DNA of 28,530 nt from Methylomonas lenta (GTDB taxonomy: Bacteria > Pseudomonadota > Gammaproteobacteria > Methylococcales > Methylomonadaceae): positions 1-28,530 of the forward strand of contig NZ_LUUI01000119.1 of the NCBI RefSeq assembly GCF_001644015.1, written 5' to 3'. The notes under the pieces are model-generated. The model searched no databases. It had not been told where the DNA came from and saw only the letters and a program-made list of their open reading frames with translations. The number at the start of each line of letters is the position of its first letter. Position 1 is the first letter of the stretch. This document shows, one piece after another, positions 27,979 through 28,530 of the stretch. A program made the position numbers and the translations under genes.

Positions 27979-28304
27979 GGGTAATCTTGAGACTTACATT
28001 GTTGCGTAGGAATACTTTGGCGGCTACCCACTTTACAACATCAAATCAGCCTCATTTATAAACATGAAAATAAAATAATCTATAATTGCATTAATGTTCA
28101 ACAGCTTATAAAAATTATTATCGACGTTTTTAAAATCGATATTTCCTCTGTAAGACGATTATAGCAAGGCTTTCAGGGGTGTCGCGGGACAAACCGTTCT
28201 TTTGGTGAATTAACCCCTTTTCGCATGTGATTGCCGTTATTCTCAATTAACGCTAACGGTGATCGGCAATATTTGCCTCTGATGCCTAACGCACCGCCTC
28301 CAGT

Positions 28305-28342
28305 GGTTAACGTACGATTTTTCCGAATTCTATACTTCCCCC
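28305..28342 (-). repeat. Tn3-family 38-bp IR, of the Tn501/Tn1721 sequence type, facing left
   Basis: The reverse complement GGGGGAAGTATAGAATTCGGAAAAATCGTACGTTAACC resembles the remembered Tn501/Tn1721 IR GGGGGAACCGCAGAATTCGGAAAAAATCGTACGCTAAG. Against the IR at 13717 it shares only the GGGG end, GAAGT and GAAAA..CGTACGTTA. Confidence 0.55.
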
Positions 28343-28530
28343 TAAAAGGCCAAGGCATTTATGCCTATGTCACATTAAATCATGGTGTAAAAGGCACTGA
28401 TGAATTGAAACAGGCACTTGCCGATTTACGATGGTTAAGGTTGTTGGGCATGTTTTTCATGGCGTGCTCAAGACCTAATCAAGCCATCGAGCTGATGGTC
28501 TTGCGGAAACGGGTCAGCGCCAGCACGAAA

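Noticed and set aside
28173-28358. 61-aa minus-strand ORF spanning the IR-like sequences.
   Set aside because: It runs through terminal inverted repeats, has a Gly/Arg-rich translation and no RBS.

Overview
Mosaic accessory DNA of plasmid or genomic-island type, with proteobacterial-style mer genes. It is dominated by three Tn3-family transposition modules and their cargo. (1) 1-2996: the first 728 codons of a Tn3-family tnpA run off the left edge (not in the ORF track; translated by hand), divergent from a serine resolvase. (2) 3052-12246, all on the minus strand: an extended mercury-resistance cluster, merR-merT-merP-(standalone HMA)-merA-merD-merC-TRASH/Cys-rich protein-merE-like-COG0523 GTPase. 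A small membrane protein and a TauE / NrtS-like / TauE permease trio follow it. Three copies of a MerR-type long-spacer promoter (CTTGACTCTGTTCT...) lie in front of merT, the small membrane gene and the permease trio. (3) 12247-13716: non-coding DNA with a roughly 180-nt nested inverted-repeat structure, followed by short ORFs with good Shine-Dalgarno (SD) sites. (4) 13717 to about 28342: a Tn3-like transposon (IR, tnpA, res, tnpR). Its tnpR is split by a 10,452-bp second Tn3-family transposon (17342-27793; perfect 36-bp IRs; 5-bp target-site duplication (TSD) AACGT). A methyltransferase cargo gene of that second transposon is in turn split by a 5,012-bp transposase-less element (22562-27573; 7-bp TSD TATCAGT; TG...CA termini; 4 + 3 subterminal 23-24-bp repeats). 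This innermost element carries a translationally coupled ParD-like/methionine aminopeptidase pair, a 2-TM coiled-coil (Abi-like) protein, and a type I Thoeris anti-phage system (thsA SIR2-SLOG plus thsB TIR). No rRNA, tRNA or CRISPR array was seen.
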